Of a stretch of DNA of 37,633 nt, positions 36,301-37,633 are shown one piece after another. Source of the DNA: Nemertoderma westbladi (Eukaryota; Animalia; Xenacoelomorpha). The stretch covers positions 1 to 37,633 of the forward strand of contig JAUCBJ010003248.1 of assembly GCA_032718475.1 (NCBI GenBank), written 5' to 3'. Both the position numbers and the translations under genes were made by a program. The notes under the pieces are model-generated. The model was not told where the DNA came from. It saw only the letters and a list, made by a program, of their open reading frames with translations, and ran no database searches. Position 1 is the stretch's first letter, and each line of letters opens with the position of its first letter.

Positions 36301-37633
36301 GGAACTAGTTCCAGTTATCTGGTAACATATTTAAATAGAGTGGAACTAGTTCCAGTTATCTGGTAACATATTTAAATAGAGTGGAACTAGTTCCAGTTAT
36401 CTGGTAACATATTTAAATAGAGTGGAACTAGTTCCAGTTATCTGGTAACATATTTAAATAGAGTGGAACTAGTTCCAGTTATCTGGTAACATATTTAAAT
36501 AGAGTGGAACTAGTTCCAGTTATCTGGTAACATATTTAAATAGAGTGGAACTAGTTCCAGTTATCTGGTAACATATTTAAATAGAGTGGAACTAGTTCCA
36601 GTTATCTGGTAACATATTTAAATAGAGTGGAACTAGTTCCAGTTATCTGGTAACATATTTAAATAGAGTGGAACTAGTTCCAGTTATCTGGTAACATATT
36701 TAAATAGAGTGGAACTAGTTCCAGTTATCTGGTAACATATTTAAATAGAGTGGAACTAGTTCCAGTTATCTGGTAACATATTTAAATAGAGTGGAACTAG
36801 TTCCAGTTATCTGGTAACATATTTAAATAGAGTGGAACTAGTTCCAGTTATCTGGTAACATATTTAAATAGAGTGGAACTAGTTCCAGTTATCTGGTAAC
36901 ATATTTAAATAGAGTGGAACTAGTTCCAGTTATCTGGTAACATATTTAAATAGAGTGGAACTAGTTCCAGTTATCTGGTAACATATTTAAATAGAGTGGA
37001 ACTAGTTCCAGTTATCTGGTAACATATTTAAATAGAGTGGAACTAGTTCCAGTTATCTGGTAACATATTTAAATAGAGTGGAACTAGTTCCAGTTATCTG
37101 GTAACATATTTAAATAGAGTGGAACTAGTTCCAGTTATCTGGTAACATATTTAAATAGAGTGGAACTAGTTCCAGTTATCTGGTAACATATTTAAATAGA
37201 GTGGAACTAGTTCCAGTTATCTGGTAACATATTTAAATAGAGTGGAACTAGTTCCAGTTATCTGGTAACATATTTAAATAGAGTGGAACTAGTTCCAGTT
37301 ATCTGGTAACATATTTAAATAGAGTGGAACTAGTTCCAGTTATCTGGTAACATATTTAAATAGAGTGGAACTAGTTCCAGTTATCTGGTAACATATTTAA
37401 ATAGAGTGGAACTAGTTCCAGTTATCTGGTAACATATTTAAATAGAGTGGAACTAGTTCCAGTTATCTGGTAACATATTTAAATAGAGTGGAACTAGTTC
37501 CAGTTATCTGGTAACATATTTAAATAGAGTGGAACTAGTTCCAGTTATCTGGTAACATATTTAAATAGAGTGGAACTAGTTCCAGTTATCTGGTAACATA
37601 TTTAAATAGAGTGGAACTAGTTCCAGTTATCTG
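27342..37633. repeat. 41-bp satellite CAGTTATCTGGTAACATATTTAAATAGAGTGGAACTAGTTC, about 250 copies, continuing past the window end
   Basis: Uninterrupted tandem array with period 41 (e.g. tggaactag at 32041 and 32082). No spacers. Confidence 0.99.

Noticed and set aside
27342-37633. CRISPR array (palindromic repeat of about 40 bp)
   Set aside because: The units are head-to-tail with no unique spacers, there are no cas genes, and the context is eukaryotic.

Overview
This is an AT-rich, repeat-dense stretch of an invertebrate-type animal genome, with spliceosomal introns and no prokaryotic features. Host genes: (i) a two-exon minus-strand gene (6541-5462 + 4816-4241) encoding a helical N-terminal 'MADPLS' domain plus a beta-propeller, with one in-frame TGA; (ii) an intact two-exon acyl-CoA oxidase (13016-13898 + 15831-16885, 645 aa) that lacks a PTS1 and has a mitochondrial-presequence-like N-terminus; (iii) a probable internal exon with 10-aa repeats (26663-27258). 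Mobile DNA: a full-length but coding-decayed Mag-like Ty3/Gypsy element (21383-26414) with 149-bp LTRs, a tRNA-Ser PBS and a 9x51-bp hairpin array in its leader; a Merlin/IS1595-like transposon; two 5'-truncated LINEs; a TTAA-flanked MITE; a palindromic MITE; two Helentron/DINE-1-like non-autonomous elements (one carrying a tRNA-like Pol III module); and a tRNA-derived SINE. Tandem DNA: a 32-bp TTAGG/GATA minisatellite (11.25-12.74 kb) and a >10-kb 41-bp satellite built almost entirely of palindromes, running to the window end. Scattered TA-NNN(N)-TA motifs look like transposon excision footprints. All assignments come from reading the sequence; no searches were run.
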